64,000 bases of DNA from an uncultured Candidatus Saccharibacteria bacterium (GCA_964438405.1 CAYTKF010000002.1:12404-76403), one strand, 5' to 3'. Counted from the stretch's first letter, positions 43,042 to 52,950 are shown. Notes: generated from the sequence alone by a model not told the origin. A program made the numbers and translations.

Positions 43042-43077
43042 CTTTTTGTTGCAACTTGTTAAGATAAAAATAGTCCA

Positions 43078-43093
43078 ACATTCTTGAGAATGT
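43078..43093. promoter_or_regulatory. Operator-like palindrome ACATTCT-TG-AGAATGT overlapping the putative arsR promoter
   Basis: 7-bp perfect inverted arms. TTGAGA lies inside it as a possible -35, and TAATAT sits 17 nt downstream. The ATG at 43119 follows within ~7 nt, so the mRNA may be leaderless. Confidence 0.55.
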
Positions 43094-43118
43094 AGGAATA
43101 TTATTGTAATATTAAAAT

Positions 43119-43406
43119 ATGGAAAAGAAAATAAAAACATCAAAACAAGTTGAGAGGCACCTTAAGGGTGTCGCAAACCATCGCCGTATTGATATTTTAA
43201 TTTTAGTCGGCGAGAGCAGGGGAATTACTCTTGAAAAAATTGCAGAGAATTTAGACGGCAACATTAAAACAATTTCAGAACATACGCGCCGTTTGGTACA
43301 TGCCGGTTTATTAAACAAAAAATATCAAGGCCGAAACGTAATTCATACCCTGTCGCCCTACGGAGAAATTATATCCAGATTTATAAAAACATTCTCACAT
43401 TCTTGA
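43119..43406 (+). CDS. ArsR/SmtB-family metalloregulatory transcriptional repressor
   Basis: Winged-helix pattern LKGVANHRRIDILILVGESRGITLEKIAENLDGNIKTISEHTRRLVHAGLL. Confidence 0.75.
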   Translation: MEKKIKTSKQVERHLKGVANHRRIDILILVGESRGITLEKIAENLDGNIKTISEHTRRLVHAGLLNKKYQGRNVIHTLSPYGEIISRFIKTFSHS

Positions 43407-43420
43407 GAATATGAGAATGT
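43389..43420. promoter_or_regulatory. Second operator-like palindrome spanning the arsR stop
   Basis: ACATTCTCA-CATTCTTGAGAATA-TGAGAATGT. 9-bp outer arms plus an inner copy that matches the upstream operator with one mismatch. Confidence 0.5.
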
Positions 43421-43467
43421 TTGTGTGTTGGTTTTCTTTTTCTGTAAGTTTGGTAAAATTTAAACAT

Positions 43468-43626
43468 ATGAACAAAGGCACATCAGGAGCAGTCTACGGG
43501 TTAGGCCTGATCGGCGCGGCAATTTATTACATCCAGCAGGCCGACACCTTCTGGCTCGGCGTCCTGGGCATACTAAAGGCAATTGTCTGGCCGGCATTTC
43601 TAATTTACAAACTACTGGGTTTGTAA
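43468..43626 (+). CDS. Small two-TM membrane protein
   Basis: MNKGTSGAVYGLGLIGAAIYYI...LGILKAIVWPAFLIYKLLGL. Confidence 0.45.
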   Translation: MNKGTSGAVYGLGLIGAAIYYIQQADTFWLGVLGILKAIVWPAFLIYKLLGL

Positions 43627-43633
43627 AGTAAAA

Positions 43634-43828
43634 ATGGAATGTCGAAAAGAGAAAAATTTAAAGACGTGTCCGTGCACCTATCCGGATTGCGCCCGAAAAG
43701 GAATTTGCTGTGAATGTATACGTCACCATCTGGCAAACGATGAACTGCCCGGCTGCTGTTTTTCCAAAGAAACAGAAAAAACTTTCGACCGCTCAATCGA
43801 GAGGTTTATTAAAGAAAGAGTTAGTTAA
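43634..43828 (+). CDS. Small Cys-rich protein (9 Cys in 64 aa), candidate metal-binding protein
   Basis: CRKEKNLKTCPCTYPDCARKGICCECIRHH...PGCC. Third gene after the ArsR/SmtB-like regulator. Confidence 0.45.
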   Translation: MECRKEKNLKTCPCTYPDCARKGICCECIRHHLANDELPGCCFSKETEKTFDRSIERFIKERVS

Positions 43829-44023
43829 ATAAGATTATGAAAAACTACGCCAAAGTTGGCAATAGGCAAGGTAAGCCGGCGTATCGGACGCCGTCGAGTT
43901 TTCGGTATCGGAAATTTATGAAAGTCAGCAAAAATAAAAAGAGGCTGACAGATATTGCATAATATGTTAATATCCTTGGAAGAAAGCGATTAAAGGTCAT
44001 TATAAGCTTTTATCAATTAATTT

Positions 44024-45283
44024 ATGCACAAAAAAACAATATTATCGTTATCCATCGTTGCTCTCCTGATGACAGGATCAATGATGTTGGCCGGCCATGC
44101 GGCAGCTGCCTCGCTTACCCAGAGCCAGATCCAGGCAGTTGTATCTCTGCTTCAGGCCTTTGGAGTCAGCACAACAACGATTTCATCCGTTCAGACCACG
44201 CTTTCCGGAGGCGAAGTTACAAGCACTTCGGCAACCAGCAGCACAACATTGATGACGGGAAATATGATAGGGTTCCTGCGTTTTGGTGCCAAAGGAAATG
44301 GCGTCAAGATACTGCAGATTGTTCTTGCGGCTGATCCATCTGTCTATCCTGAGGGTGTTATCAGTGGATACTTCGGTACACTGACGCAGAACGCACTTAA
44401 GCGCTATCAGAAAAAGTACGGGCTTGAGCAGGTCGGCTACATTGGACCCAAGACTTTAAAAAAACTTGAGGATGATATGGATGAGAATCCTGTTGCTACC
44501 GAATCGAACGACTCTAATAATGCGACCTCAACGGTCAGTGTCGGAAACAACAAACATCTGTGCGTTGCTGTTCCGCCCGGACACCTTATAGCTCCGGGGT
44601 GGCTGCGCAAACAAGGAGGCCAGCGACCGGAAATCCCTTCTTGCCAAGTTCTTCCGCCCGGCATTCAGAATAAATTATCAGGCGGCACTACCACGACACC
44701 GGACACAACAGCACCGGTGCTCTCGGCTATCACAGTGGGTTCCATTACCTCTTCAAGTGCAGTGATTTCCTGGACAACCAACGAGAATGCGACAAGCAAG
44801 GTGAATTACGGAACAACAACTGCCTACGGTTCTGAGGCAGCGCTCGGTAACACACTTTCCCTTACTCACAGCGTTTCGCTCTCTGGTCTCGCGAGCTCAA
44901 CACTTTACCACTTCCGCGTGACTTCCAAAGACTCCTCGCTAAATACTGCTACATCGAGCGATATGACATTTACAACGCTTGCTGCACCTGACACGACAGT
45001 GCCTGCCATTTCGGGGGTATCGGTAGGATTCATTGCTTCAACCTCGGCACAGATTTTATGGACAACCAACGAGAACGCGACAAGCAAGGTCTATTTCAGA
45101 ACAGTAACACCGCTTATCCTGAGCACCGCGGCAACAACTTCCTCAACCGTGCTCTCCACCTCGCACTCCCTGACACTTTCGCCGTTGACTGCTTCAACGA
45201 CCTACTACTACATTATTGAATCAGCGGACGCTTCAAATAATACTGCAACCACAAGCCAGGCCAGCTTTTTAACGACTAACTAA
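44024..45283 (+). CDS. Secreted protein with a peptidoglycan-binding domain and two fibronectin-III-like repeats
   Basis: Signal peptide. PG_binding_1-like GVKILQIVLAADPSVYPEGVISGYFGTLTQNALKRYQKKYGL. Two ~100-aa repeats each containing ISWTTNENATSKV ... LYHFRV / YYYII. Confidence 0.55.
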   Translation: MHKKTILSLSIVALLMTGSMMLAGHAAAASLTQSQIQAVVSLLQAFGVSTTTISSVQTTLSGGEVTSTSATSSTTLMTGNMIGFLRFGAKGNGVKILQIVLAADPSVYPEGVISGYFGTLTQNALKRYQKKYGLEQVGYIGPKTLKKLEDDMDENPVATESNDSNNATSTVSVGNNKHLCVAVPPGHLIAPGWLRKQGGQRPEIPSCQVLPPGIQNKLSGGTTTTPDTTAPVLSAITVGSITSSSAVISWTTNENATSKVNYGTTTAYGSEAALGNTLSLTHSVSLSGLASSTLYHFRVTSKDSSLNTATSSDMTFTTLAAPDTTVPAISGVSVGFIASTSAQILWTTNENATSKVYFRTVTPLILSTAATTSSTVLSTSHSLTLSPLTASTTYYYIIESADASNNTATTSQASFLTTN

Positions 45284-45295
45284 GGCTTTTTGGCA

Positions 45296-45327
45296 AAAAC
45301 AGCCCCGTCATTGCGGGGCTGTTTTTG
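45296..45327. terminator. Bidirectional rho-independent terminator
   Basis: AAAAACAGCCCCG-TCATT-GCGGGGCTGTTTTTGTT. Confidence 0.8.
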
Positions 45328-45332
45328 TTGAC

Positions 45333-45746
45333 ATGAAAAAAGAACGGCGATGGGTTATAATTATATTAATGGAAAGAAACATTAGTAAATCTTTATATTG
45401 GACGCCGAGGGTTTTGTCCATACTTTTTATTTTGTTTCTGGCGCTTTTTTCGCTGGATATTTTTGAAATGAAGCTCGGTTTTTGGGGAACAGCGGTTGGT
45501 TTGTTTATGCACAATATTCCGTCGTTGGTTTTATTGATTGTTTTATTGATATCATGGAAGCACGAAATTGTGGGAGGAGTTGCTTTTATTCTGGCCGGCA
45601 TATTATATATTGTTCTCTTAATGAGAAATCCCTTTGAGTGGTATATGTTAACCTGGGCATTGCAAATTTCCGGTGTGGCATTTCTTGTAGGAATTTTATT
45701 TATTGTCGGCTGGCGCAAAAAGAGAAAAAAGTCAGAAGTCCAATAA
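45333..45746 (+). CDS. Hypothetical multi-TM membrane protein
   Basis: 137 aa with four hydrophobic segments. An antisense ORF 45308-45775 is the alternative. Confidence 0.4.
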   Translation: MKKERRWVIIILMERNISKSLYWTPRVLSILFILFLALFSLDIFEMKLGFWGTAVGLFMHNIPSLVLLIVLLISWKHEIVGGVAFILAGILYIVLLMRNPFEWYMLTWALQISGVAFLVGILFIVGWRKKRKKSEVQ

Positions 45747-45820
45747 TTAACAAAAAGCCCCACGTCCGTTTGCAACGAATGTAGGGCCGTAGCGAATATC
45801 AGAAGAGATAAGAATTTGCG

Positions 45821-46234
45821 CTAGTCGTCCAATTTGATTTTGAATTTCTTTGCCCAGTTTTCATCTTCGGACGAAAAAGTGCCGAGCTCAATTTTTCCGT
45901 CTTCTCTGACTTTGGGCTGAACCGGTTTTGGTGATTGTTGGGAAATTGGCGCAATTTCTCCAATAAGTGCAAGATTTATTCCGAAGCCGGCTTCGCGAAG
46001 AGCTTGGAGCGCCCACAAAAAATCAGTGCTTTCTGAAAGTGCTTCTGTGACAGCCGAACTCATCCTCTCTGCCAATTCGGCTATTTTTTTCTTGTCTACA
46101 ATTACAGTCTGGCATTTTGCCCCGCAAGTGGGGCAGGTAACTTCAACGATCCTTCCATAATTTTTTTTTGAGATGGTCAATCTCAAAGTAATATTACAAT
46201 CTGGGCATGGCAGGTACTGATATTCTTTTTCCAA
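45821..46234 (-). CDS. Hypothetical protein with an N-terminal zinc-ribbon
   Basis: CPDC...CPTCGAKC, followed by a charged C-terminal region. Confidence 0.4.
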   Translation of the reverse strand: MEKEYQYLPCPDCNITLRLTISKKNYGRIVEVTCPTCGAKCQTVIVDKKKIAELAERMSSAVTEALSESTDFLWALQALREAGFGINLALIGEIAPISQQSPKPVQPKVREDGKIELGTFSSEDENWAKKFKIKLDD

Positions 46235-46325
46235 AGTACACCTCCTTGTTTCGTTTGAAACAATATAATATTATAATGATTTAGTCAAATAATTAAACAT
46301 AATGCGAAAAATTTGGTAAAATAAA

Positions 46326-46694
46326 TTGTATCTCTTGATAATTTTTGAAAATCTGGTAAAATTATATTTGGAAGGGAGGCAAAAGGAATTGATTAAAAAA
46401 TTGCCGAAACGCCAGAGGCCGAGCTTCTGGTGGGATGTTTTTATCAAAGGAGAGGAGGCGGACTATTTTCTCCGCCGGACAAAGGCAGTATCTGCTGAGA
46501 AGGCCGTGAACAATGTCTGGTTTACGGAAATCAAAGAACTTTATTCTTTAGACGGCAGGATGGAGGAGGCAAAAGAGATTAGATTTAAGATGTACGCCAA
46601 ATTGGCTTCTTTCCCGGCACCGAGACGATTGCGGCGTTATCGTCATCATCGCCGCATTCCTGGTCAACTTTTCCTTTTTCGTACAAAAAAATAG
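46326..46694 (+). CDS. Hypothetical protein (weak)
   Basis: 122-aa ORF with a basic C-terminus RRLRRYRHHRR. Start uncertain. Confidence 0.25.
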   Translation: MYLLIIFENLVKLYLEGRQKELIKKLPKRQRPSFWWDVFIKGEEADYFLRRTKAVSAEKAVNNVWFTEIKELYSLDGRMEEAKEIRFKMYAKLASFPAPRRLRRYRHHRRIPGQLFLFRTKK

Positions 46695-46764
46695 AAACAC
46701 CATACCTGGTTTATAATGCGGGCCTGGTGTTTTTTATTATATTGATACGGGGTATAATAATAGT

Positions 46765-47925
46765 ATGAGCCTGAACTTAAAGATTTTATTGTCCGCTGGC
46801 ATCTTGGTGCTGATTGGCATCGTGGCAGGCTATTATTTCATATTTTTTAAAGAATGCCCGGCTTCTTGCGATGATGGCAATTCTTGCACGATTGATTTTT
46901 GTTCTAAAAGCACAGACTATAAATGCGAAACAAGGCCTGTCCCAAATTGTTGCGGCAATAAATCCTGCGAATCTCCGGAAAATTACGAAAGTTGCGCGAT
47001 AGATTGTCCCAATTGTGACGACAACAATAATTGTACGAAAGAATCATACGATTATCACGAGAAAAAATGTGTTAACGCGCCGATTCTTACTGCTGTTTGC
47101 TGTGGGAATACGGTTTGCGAAGTAAATGAGAATTATACTACCTGCGCTAGAGATTGCCCTAATTGTAGTGATGATAATAAATGCACAAAAGATTCTTACG
47201 ATTACCACAAACAAAAATGTCTCAACGAAATTATTATTCCCTGTTGCGGCAACGGCATATGCGACAAAGGCGTTGAAACGCGATCAAATTGTTCTGTTGA
47301 TTGCCCGAGTTGCGATGATAATAATCGGTTAACCAGCGACAGCTTTAATTATACGACCCAAAAATGCGTTAATACCGTGACACATTATTTTATTGAAGAT
47401 TTTGAAAGCGGCATTCAAAACTGGAGCTTTGGCGGAGAAGGAGGAACCTGGTCTACGATTAAAGAAGGTTCCAATACTGTTTTAAGGGGAGTAGGCCACA
47501 ATTGGGCAGGTCTTCAAAATAAAGAATGGAAAGATTATATTTTTAAAACTAAATTCAAGATTATCAAAGGATTTGTCCATTTTAATTATCGTGTCAAACA
47601 AGAAGAAGGGAACACAACCAGATATTTTATCGGTTTAGGTAGCGGACATGTCAATATATCTAAACAAATCAGGGAAAACTTCTATTCTGACCTGGCTCGA
47701 GCCGATAATGTAAACTTAGGTAGCGGCTGGCATATTATGGAAATAAGGGGCTATGGAAATACTCTTAATGTTTTGGTCGATGGAGCGCTTTTGATAAAAT
47801 ACACAGATGAAACAAGTCCTGTACTTTCTGGCGGCATAACGCTTGAAACCCATGACGATTCAGAATACTGGATAGATGATATTGAGATTAAGGTGATCAA
47901 GCAAACTGATGTCGTTTTTCCTTAA
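46765..47925 (+). CDS. Membrane-anchored protein with four Cys-rich repeats and a C-terminal jelly-roll (DUF1080/LamG-like) domain
   Basis: N-terminal TM. Four repeats of C..CG...CE..ENY..CA.DCPNC.D.N.CT.DSYDY...KC. The C-terminus WSFGGEGGTWS...WKDYIFKTKF...GWHIMEIRGYGNTLNVLVDG resembles 3-keto-disaccharide hydrolase-like domains. Confidence 0.45.
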   Translation: MSLNLKILLSAGILVLIGIVAGYYFIFFKECPASCDDGNSCTIDFCSKSTDYKCETRPVPNCCGNKSCESPENYESCAIDCPNCDDNNNCTKESYDYHEKKCVNAPILTAVCCGNTVCEVNENYTTCARDCPNCSDDNKCTKDSYDYHKQKCLNEIIIPCCGNGICDKGVETRSNCSVDCPSCDDNNRLTSDSFNYTTQKCVNTVTHYFIEDFESGIQNWSFGGEGGTWSTIKEGSNTVLRGVGHNWAGLQNKEWKDYIFKTKFKIIKGFVHFNYRVKQEEGNTTRYFIGLGSGHVNISKQIRENFYSDLARADNVNLGSGWHIMEIRGYGNTLNVLVDGALLIKYTDETSPVLSGGITLETHDDSEYWIDDIEIKVIKQTDVVFP

Positions 47926-47973
47926 AAGGTCGAATAATTACCCATTTTGTTCGACATCGGAAGTCCAACAGTT

Positions 47974-49374
47974 TTAAAAATTCTCCAGCGAATTTAGTTT
48001 TGCCCTGGTTTTCGGACCCACTGTTCCGTAGCCAGCCTCGCCCTGTTTGGCAATGTTATATTTTTCTTGGAAACGCTTTATTGCGCGCTCTGTTGCCAAA
48101 CCAAAATATCCCGTTATCAGTCCCTCCGGATAAAGAGTTTGGTTTTGCGCCAGAAATTTTTGCAAGCCTGTTACATGGTTTCCTCTTGAACCTTTTTTAA
48201 GAGATTGTGTAAAGACAATAGTTTTTATTATTTTTTGCGGCGCCTCGCCCGTTTGTACTGACGGAGGCGTTGCAGCTGGTGGCGAGGCGCTATTCTGTCC
48301 GGCCGGAATAACAGTGATATCTAATTTTTTGCTTTTGGTCCCGTCGTATGTTCCGTCTGCATTTTGCGGCAAAAGATACAGAGAAAGATATTGATAAGAA
48401 TTAAAATTGTTTAAAAAATAAAGAGTGATGGTGGAAATTGTTGGAAGACTCCGGCTGAAAGCAGGAGTATTGCAGGGGAGTTTGCTGCTGGTTGTCGTAC
48501 CCACGCTGACTGAATTACTGCAGGTAATCTGAAAATTTACGCCTGAAGCCTTGGGAGCGCTCCATGAAAAAACAAGAGAATTACCCGACGATATCTGCGT
48601 ATTGGAAACATTAAAAGAATCAATCAGTATGCTCGGTTGAACAGGTTTTCCCGCAATATCAAGGGAAAGAGAAAGGGCGTGAGTGGCATCGTACAATCCC
48701 GTTGCAATCATGGGCAATATTGTTGCTCTTAATGAAGTTGCGAATAAAGATGAATTGGTAAAAGTAAAAGAAGATGAACCAGACATCCCCAGGCTGGAAC
48801 TAAAGACTGGTGTATTGCAAGGCAGGGATGTCTGTGTTGAATCTCCAGAAACAAAAACCTGTACCCCTGCAATGCAATCAAACTGAAGATTCGTGCCGCT
48901 GACATCATGTCCGACCCAGGAAAGGGTGACGGTAGTAGTTGCAACCACGGTTGTGGCTGAAGAATAAAAATCTGTTATGGGATGGGGAGTTGTATTGGCT
49001 GTAATATAAACACTTTTGGCACCCGCGTCATAATCTGCGCCATTTAAATCTTTAGGATAAACAGTGGCATTTATAACAACGGTTCCCCCGCTGACATTAA
49101 TAATATTGAAGCCAATAGAATCGGAAATGCCGGAACTGGCAGGAATTCTTTGGTTGCAGGGAAAAGTTGTTCCGTCTGTTTTAATAATTTTCACTCCCAG
49201 CGGACAATTAAAATACAAATTATTCCCGCTACTTCCCTCCATGGTCCAGGAAAGAATTGTCGTGTAGCCGGAATTTATCGCTGAAGGACTGGCAGTAAAA
49301 GAAGTAATTGTTGGACTAACATCGGCAAAAGAAGGTATGGGTAATAAAAATAATAAAAGAAATATAAGAGGCAT
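47974..49374 (-). CDS. Secreted protein with N-terminal Ig-like repeats and a C-terminal peptidoglycan-binding domain
   Basis: Signal peptide. Three ~100-aa repeats (ITSFTASPS...LSW). The C-terminus VTGLQKFLAQNQTLYPEGLITGYFGLATERAIKRFQEKY is PG_binding_1-like. Confidence 0.5.
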   Translation of the reverse strand: MPLIFLLLFLLPIPSFADVSPTITSFTASPSAINSGYTTILSWTMEGSSGNNLYFNCPLGVKIIKTDGTTFPCNQRIPASSGISDSIGFNIINVSGGTVVINATVYPKDLNGADYDAGAKSVYITANTTPHPITDFYSSATTVVATTTVTLSWVGHDVSGTNLQFDCIAGVQVFVSGDSTQTSLPCNTPVFSSSLGMSGSSSFTFTNSSLFATSLRATILPMIATGLYDATHALSLSLDIAGKPVQPSILIDSFNVSNTQISSGNSLVFSWSAPKASGVNFQITCSNSVSVGTTTSSKLPCNTPAFSRSLPTISTITLYFLNNFNSYQYLSLYLLPQNADGTYDGTKSKKLDITVIPAGQNSASPPAATPPSVQTGEAPQKIIKTIVFTQSLKKGSRGNHVTGLQKFLAQNQTLYPEGLITGYFGLATERAIKRFQEKYNIAKQGEAGYGTVGPKTRAKLNSLENF

Positions 49375-49428
49375 TATCTTTATTATATACTTTATCTCTC
49401 AACTGTGATAGAATAGTAGAATAGAAAT

Positions 49429-49824
49429 ATGGAAAAGGTAAAAAGCGACTTGGATGAAAAATTCCAAAGGGTTTTAAAAACGCCCGCGAGTTTTGATTTT
49501 TTTGTGGCAATCCACGATTTTGTTGAGCATATAGAACTGAATTCATCTCTTTCTGACACTCTTTCTCAGCGCACAAAACCCAATAGGGAGCTTGGCATTC
49601 CCAACAAATACAGCCACTTGAAAGAAATTTATCAGGGGCTGGAAGATGCAGGCGCCAAACCAGGCGTTGATCTGGGACATGTCAGATACATGGTCATCCA
49701 GGATTTAAATAAAATCCGGAACAAAAATTTTTCCGACAGCAATTCTTTCTGGAAAAAACGCGAATTATTCAGAAAATTAACAGGTGAGATATACGAAAGA
49801 CTAAATCCCGCTCCGGTGCTATAA
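49429..49824 (+). CDS. Hypothetical protein
   Basis: 131-aa ORF. No motif. Confidence 0.35.
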   Translation: MEKVKSDLDEKFQRVLKTPASFDFFVAIHDFVEHIELNSSLSDTLSQRTKPNRELGIPNKYSHLKEIYQGLEDAGAKPGVDLGHVRYMVIQDLNKIRNKNFSDSNSFWKKRELFRKLTGEIYERLNPAPVL

Positions 49825-49852
49825 TTTAAATAGACCTTGAAAGGAGGTTTCT

Positions 49853-50212
49853 ATGTTCTTTCGCAAGCGTAAAGAGCGCCTTGTCATGCTGGCTTTTGTG
49901 GAAAACGAACTTGGAGACTTACTCCAACCGTTTCCAAGGGTTCGCATAGAGGTGCGACACGAAAAAAAACAGAGTACATTCTTGATTCACCAAAAGCGCG
50001 GAGAGGGCGAGGAGGATTTGTATTCTTTTGCCTGGATGAAAATTATCTGGGCCAATCCCAAAAAAGAAGAAAGAGTTATTTTTTCAACGCGGAAGATACA
50101 TCCTGATGTCCGCTTCTGCTCCATTGCTGAAGTTTACGACACAATACGCGAAATTGTACATTTTTTAGAAAAATACAACACCTTGGGGGAGCGAATCATT
50201 TTGCTCCCCTAA
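49853..50212 (+). CDS. Hypothetical protein
   Basis: 119-aa ORF preceded by an AAAGGAGG RBS. Confidence 0.4.
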   Translation: MFFRKRKERLVMLAFVENELGDLLQPFPRVRIEVRHEKKQSTFLIHQKRGEGEEDLYSFAWMKIIWANPKKEERVIFSTRKIHPDVRFCSIAEVYDTIREIVHFLEKYNTLGERIILLP

Positions 50213-50223
50213 GTTTTTATTTT

Positions 50224-50613
50224 ATGTTGAATTTTAAACGGGAAGAATTTGAAAAATTTGTTGAGGAAGGAATAAAAGCCATTCCGGAAAAATTTTTGCA
50301 CAAGCTGAATAATGTGGCAGTTGTTGTTGAGGATGAGCCGACTAAAGAACAGAAAAATAAACTGGGTCTGGCTAGCGGCACAACGCTTCTCGGCCTGTAT
50401 GAAGGCGTGCCCCAGCTAAAACGGGGAACAAATTACAGCGCGGTTCTGCCTGACAAAATAACCATTTTTCAAAAACCCATTGAGGCAGTGGCCCGCGGTG
50501 AAAAAGATATTAAAGAAATTGTTAAAAATACCGTCTGGCACGAAATCGCCCATCATTTTGGAATGGATGAGGCGCGGGTGTGCAAAGCAGAAGCCAAAAG
50601 ACGCAAAAAATGA
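50224..50613 (+). CDS. Zincin-like metallopeptidase-fold protein (minimal HExxH protein)
   Basis: C-terminal WHEIAHHFGMDEA (HExxH). 129 aa. Confidence 0.6.
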   Translation: MLNFKREEFEKFVEEGIKAIPEKFLHKLNNVAVVVEDEPTKEQKNKLGLASGTTLLGLYEGVPQLKRGTNYSAVLPDKITIFQKPIEAVARGEKDIKEIVKNTVWHEIAHHFGMDEARVCKAEAKRRKK

Positions 50614-51623
50614 TAAAATACAGTCCGGTTATGCTCAAAAAAATTTTTATTTTAATAATTGTTTTTTTGCCCCTGCCGCTTTTTGCAGCCACCCGGGTTT
50701 TTTATTTTCGGGACAGCACTCTGGCGCGTGAATCGCTTTTTAATTACCCCAGTTATATTGACGTGCTTGCTCCGCAGGCCTATGCGGTTGACGAGAATGG
50801 AAGCATTTCCGGAAGCATTGACGCAAAAATTCTCGCGTTTACAAAAAAGAAAAAAATAAAAGTGATGCCCCTTCTTACAAACGGTAAATTCACCCAGAAA
50901 TCTTATCAGGCTATTTTGGATAACGGCTCTCTGCAGGATTCTGTCATTGCCACTCTCATTGCAAAAGCCAAACAAAATAATTTTTACGGCTGGCAGATTG
51001 ATTTTGAACAGATGGACGTATCATACAGAGATAAATTTTCCAATTTTATTGCCAAGATGCATACAGAATTCAAGAAAAATAATTTAATTTTGAGCGTTGC
51101 GGTTATTGCGCAAGTTTCAGAGAGGCCGGAAGACTACAAGGACAGTCTTTGGCAAGATTTAATCGGCGTTTATGATTACAAAGTTTTAGCTGAAAATACG
51201 AATTTCGTGAGCGTCATGTCTTACGACGACCCGGAATCAAGAGGTCCGGTTGTGGAAATGTCCTGGCTCAAGCGTGTTTTGGAACATAGCCTGAAATTTA
51301 TTCCGGCTGAAAAACTTTCAATGGGCATCGCACTTTATTACTGGAAATGGGATGATAAAACAGGCAAGCGGGTTGAGTCAGGCGGACGAAAGGGCATTAA
51401 CAATGTTTTGACAAAATATAAATACGTTTATCATTACAGTACAAAACATGACGTTCCCTATCTCACTTACAAAGTAAAAGGCAGGCCGTACACGCTATGG
51501 TATGAGAACGCGCGGAGCATTAAGAAAAAAATAGATTTAATCAAAAAATACAAATTGCACGGTTTTTCCGCCTGGGCTCTTGGTCTGGAACTGACAAATA
51601 TCTATCCGTCAATTAGACAATAA
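50610..51623 (+). CDS. Glycoside hydrolase family 18-like secreted protein (cell-wall hydrolase type)
   Basis: Signal peptide. FYGWQIDFEQM matches the GH18 DGxDxDWE catalytic motif. ATGA-coupled to the preceding gene. Confidence 0.6.
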   Translation: MIKYSPVMLKKIFILIIVFLPLPLFAATRVFYFRDSTLARESLFNYPSYIDVLAPQAYAVDENGSISGSIDAKILAFTKKKKIKVMPLLTNGKFTQKSYQAILDNGSLQDSVIATLIAKAKQNNFYGWQIDFEQMDVSYRDKFSNFIAKMHTEFKKNNLILSVAVIAQVSERPEDYKDSLWQDLIGVYDYKVLAENTNFVSVMSYDDPESRGPVVEMSWLKRVLEHSLKFIPAEKLSMGIALYYWKWDDKTGKRVESGGRKGINNVLTKYKYVYHYSTKHDVPYLTYKVKGRPYTLWYENARSIKKKIDLIKKYKLHGFSAWALGLELTNIYPSIRQ

Positions 51624-51663
51624 AACTTAAATATAGATATTATTAATTATTAAATAAAATTAT

Positions 51664-52062
51664 ATGAAGGGATATGTTGCGAACATAGAAAAAGATACGC
51701 TTGCGAATGAAAATTTTCGCAAGGTGCTTTATACAAGCAAGCATAGCCAGCTGGTGCTGATGAGCTTGAAGCCCAAAGAAGAAATTGGCATGGAAGTGCA
51801 TCCTGACAATGACCAGTTTTTCAGGATTGAAAAGGGGACGGGAAAGTGCATTATTGACGGCAATGAATACGAGATTAAAGACGGGACAGCCGTGGTTGTG
51901 CCGGCTGGCGCAGAGCATAATGTCATTAATATTTCAGAAACAGAAGATTTGAAACTTTATACAATTTATTCCCCGGCGCACCATAAAGACGGAATCGTGC
52001 GTATAACAAAAGCAGAGGCCGTTGCCAATGAAGCAGAGTTTGACGGCATGACAACGGAATAA
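51664..52062 (+). CDS. Cupin domain protein
   Basis: GMEVHPDNDQFFRIEKGTGKCIIDG...VVVPAGAEHNVIN: cupin_2 two-His motifs. Confidence 0.7.
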   Translation: MKGYVANIEKDTLANENFRKVLYTSKHSQLVLMSLKPKEEIGMEVHPDNDQFFRIEKGTGKCIIDGNEYEIKDGTAVVVPAGAEHNVINISETEDLKLYTIYSPAHHKDGIVRITKAEAVANEAEFDGMTTE

Positions 52063-52258
52063 AATGAGAAGTTCTAAAATTTTATTATGGGCAGGCCGAT
52101 TTATTTGTATTTCAACGGCCTTAAAAAAGAGGGGATAAATTTATTAATTTTGACGGCACTATTTCTCTTTTTGTTTACTCTGATTGTTTTTACCTCACTT
52201 TTGTTATAATAGATTTCTCCGTCTTTTTAAATTCAAAAAAATCAGCTATAATTTATTT

Positions 52259-52903
52259 ATGTTTAAATCCATCAATAAAGTAATAATGAATTTGATTTTG
52301 TCAGACGTGGCTTTGCTTACCGGTTTGGGTCTTGGCGCGCCGATTTTCGCGCTTTTTTTAACTGACCATATTCAGGGCGCCAATATTGAGACAGCCGGCT
52401 TTGCCGCCGCTGCTTATTGGATTATTCATTCTTTGGCAATGATTCCCATTGGCAAATATTTGGATAAAAATCATGGGGAAAAAGACGATTTATGGGCTAT
52501 TGTTTTGGGAAATATTTTAGCTGCTATTGCTGTTTGGGGTTATATATTTTCTGAATATCCGTGGCATATTTATATTTTGCAGGGACTTTATGGATTGGGT
52601 ATGGCAATGAACATGGCTGGTTATACTGCCATTTTTACCCGGCACATAGACAAAGGAGGAGAGGCATACGAATGGAGCGTGAGAGGCGCGTGGGTGGGGA
52701 TTGGCACAGCAGTCTCCGGCGGTTTGGGCGGATGGTTTGCGTACCACTTCGGCTTTACCGCGCTTTTTACAGTGGTGATACTTTTTGTTTTATTCTCCGC
52801 GCTTCTGCCGTTTTTTATATTTAAAGAAATGAGCCCGCGGGACAAAAAAGAGCCAATTTTCCCAGAAATAAAAATCATGCAACCCCCGTCGCCAAAAGAA
52901 TAA
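52259..52903 (+). CDS. Six-TM membrane protein (MFS-like half transporter?)
   Basis: Hydrophobic helices throughout. Start at the internal ATG after a TATAAT-like box. Confidence 0.35.
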   Translation: MFKSINKVIMNLILSDVALLTGLGLGAPIFALFLTDHIQGANIETAGFAAAAYWIIHSLAMIPIGKYLDKNHGEKDDLWAIVLGNILAAIAVWGYIFSEYPWHIYILQGLYGLGMAMNMAGYTAIFTRHIDKGGEAYEWSVRGAWVGIGTAVSGGLGGWFAYHFGFTALFTVVILFVLFSALLPFFIFKEMSPRDKKEPIFPEIKIMQPPSPKE

Positions 52904-52950
52904 AATGAGCAAATGAGCAAACGATAACGGTTGTCGTTTGAAAAATAGTT

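Noticed and set aside
44760-45090. Near-identical 33-nt duplicate CTGGACAACCAACGAGAATGCGACAAGCAAGGT at 44770 and 45060
   Set aside because: It reflects the two homologous FN3-like protein repeats (ISWTTNENATSKV) within one gene, so it is an internal domain duplication and not a mobile element.
45308-45775. 155-aa minus-strand ORF antisense to the 45333-45746 membrane-protein ORF
   Set aside because: The plus-strand ORF gives clean TM helices and follows a terminator-promoter gap. The minus-strand translation is low-complexity.
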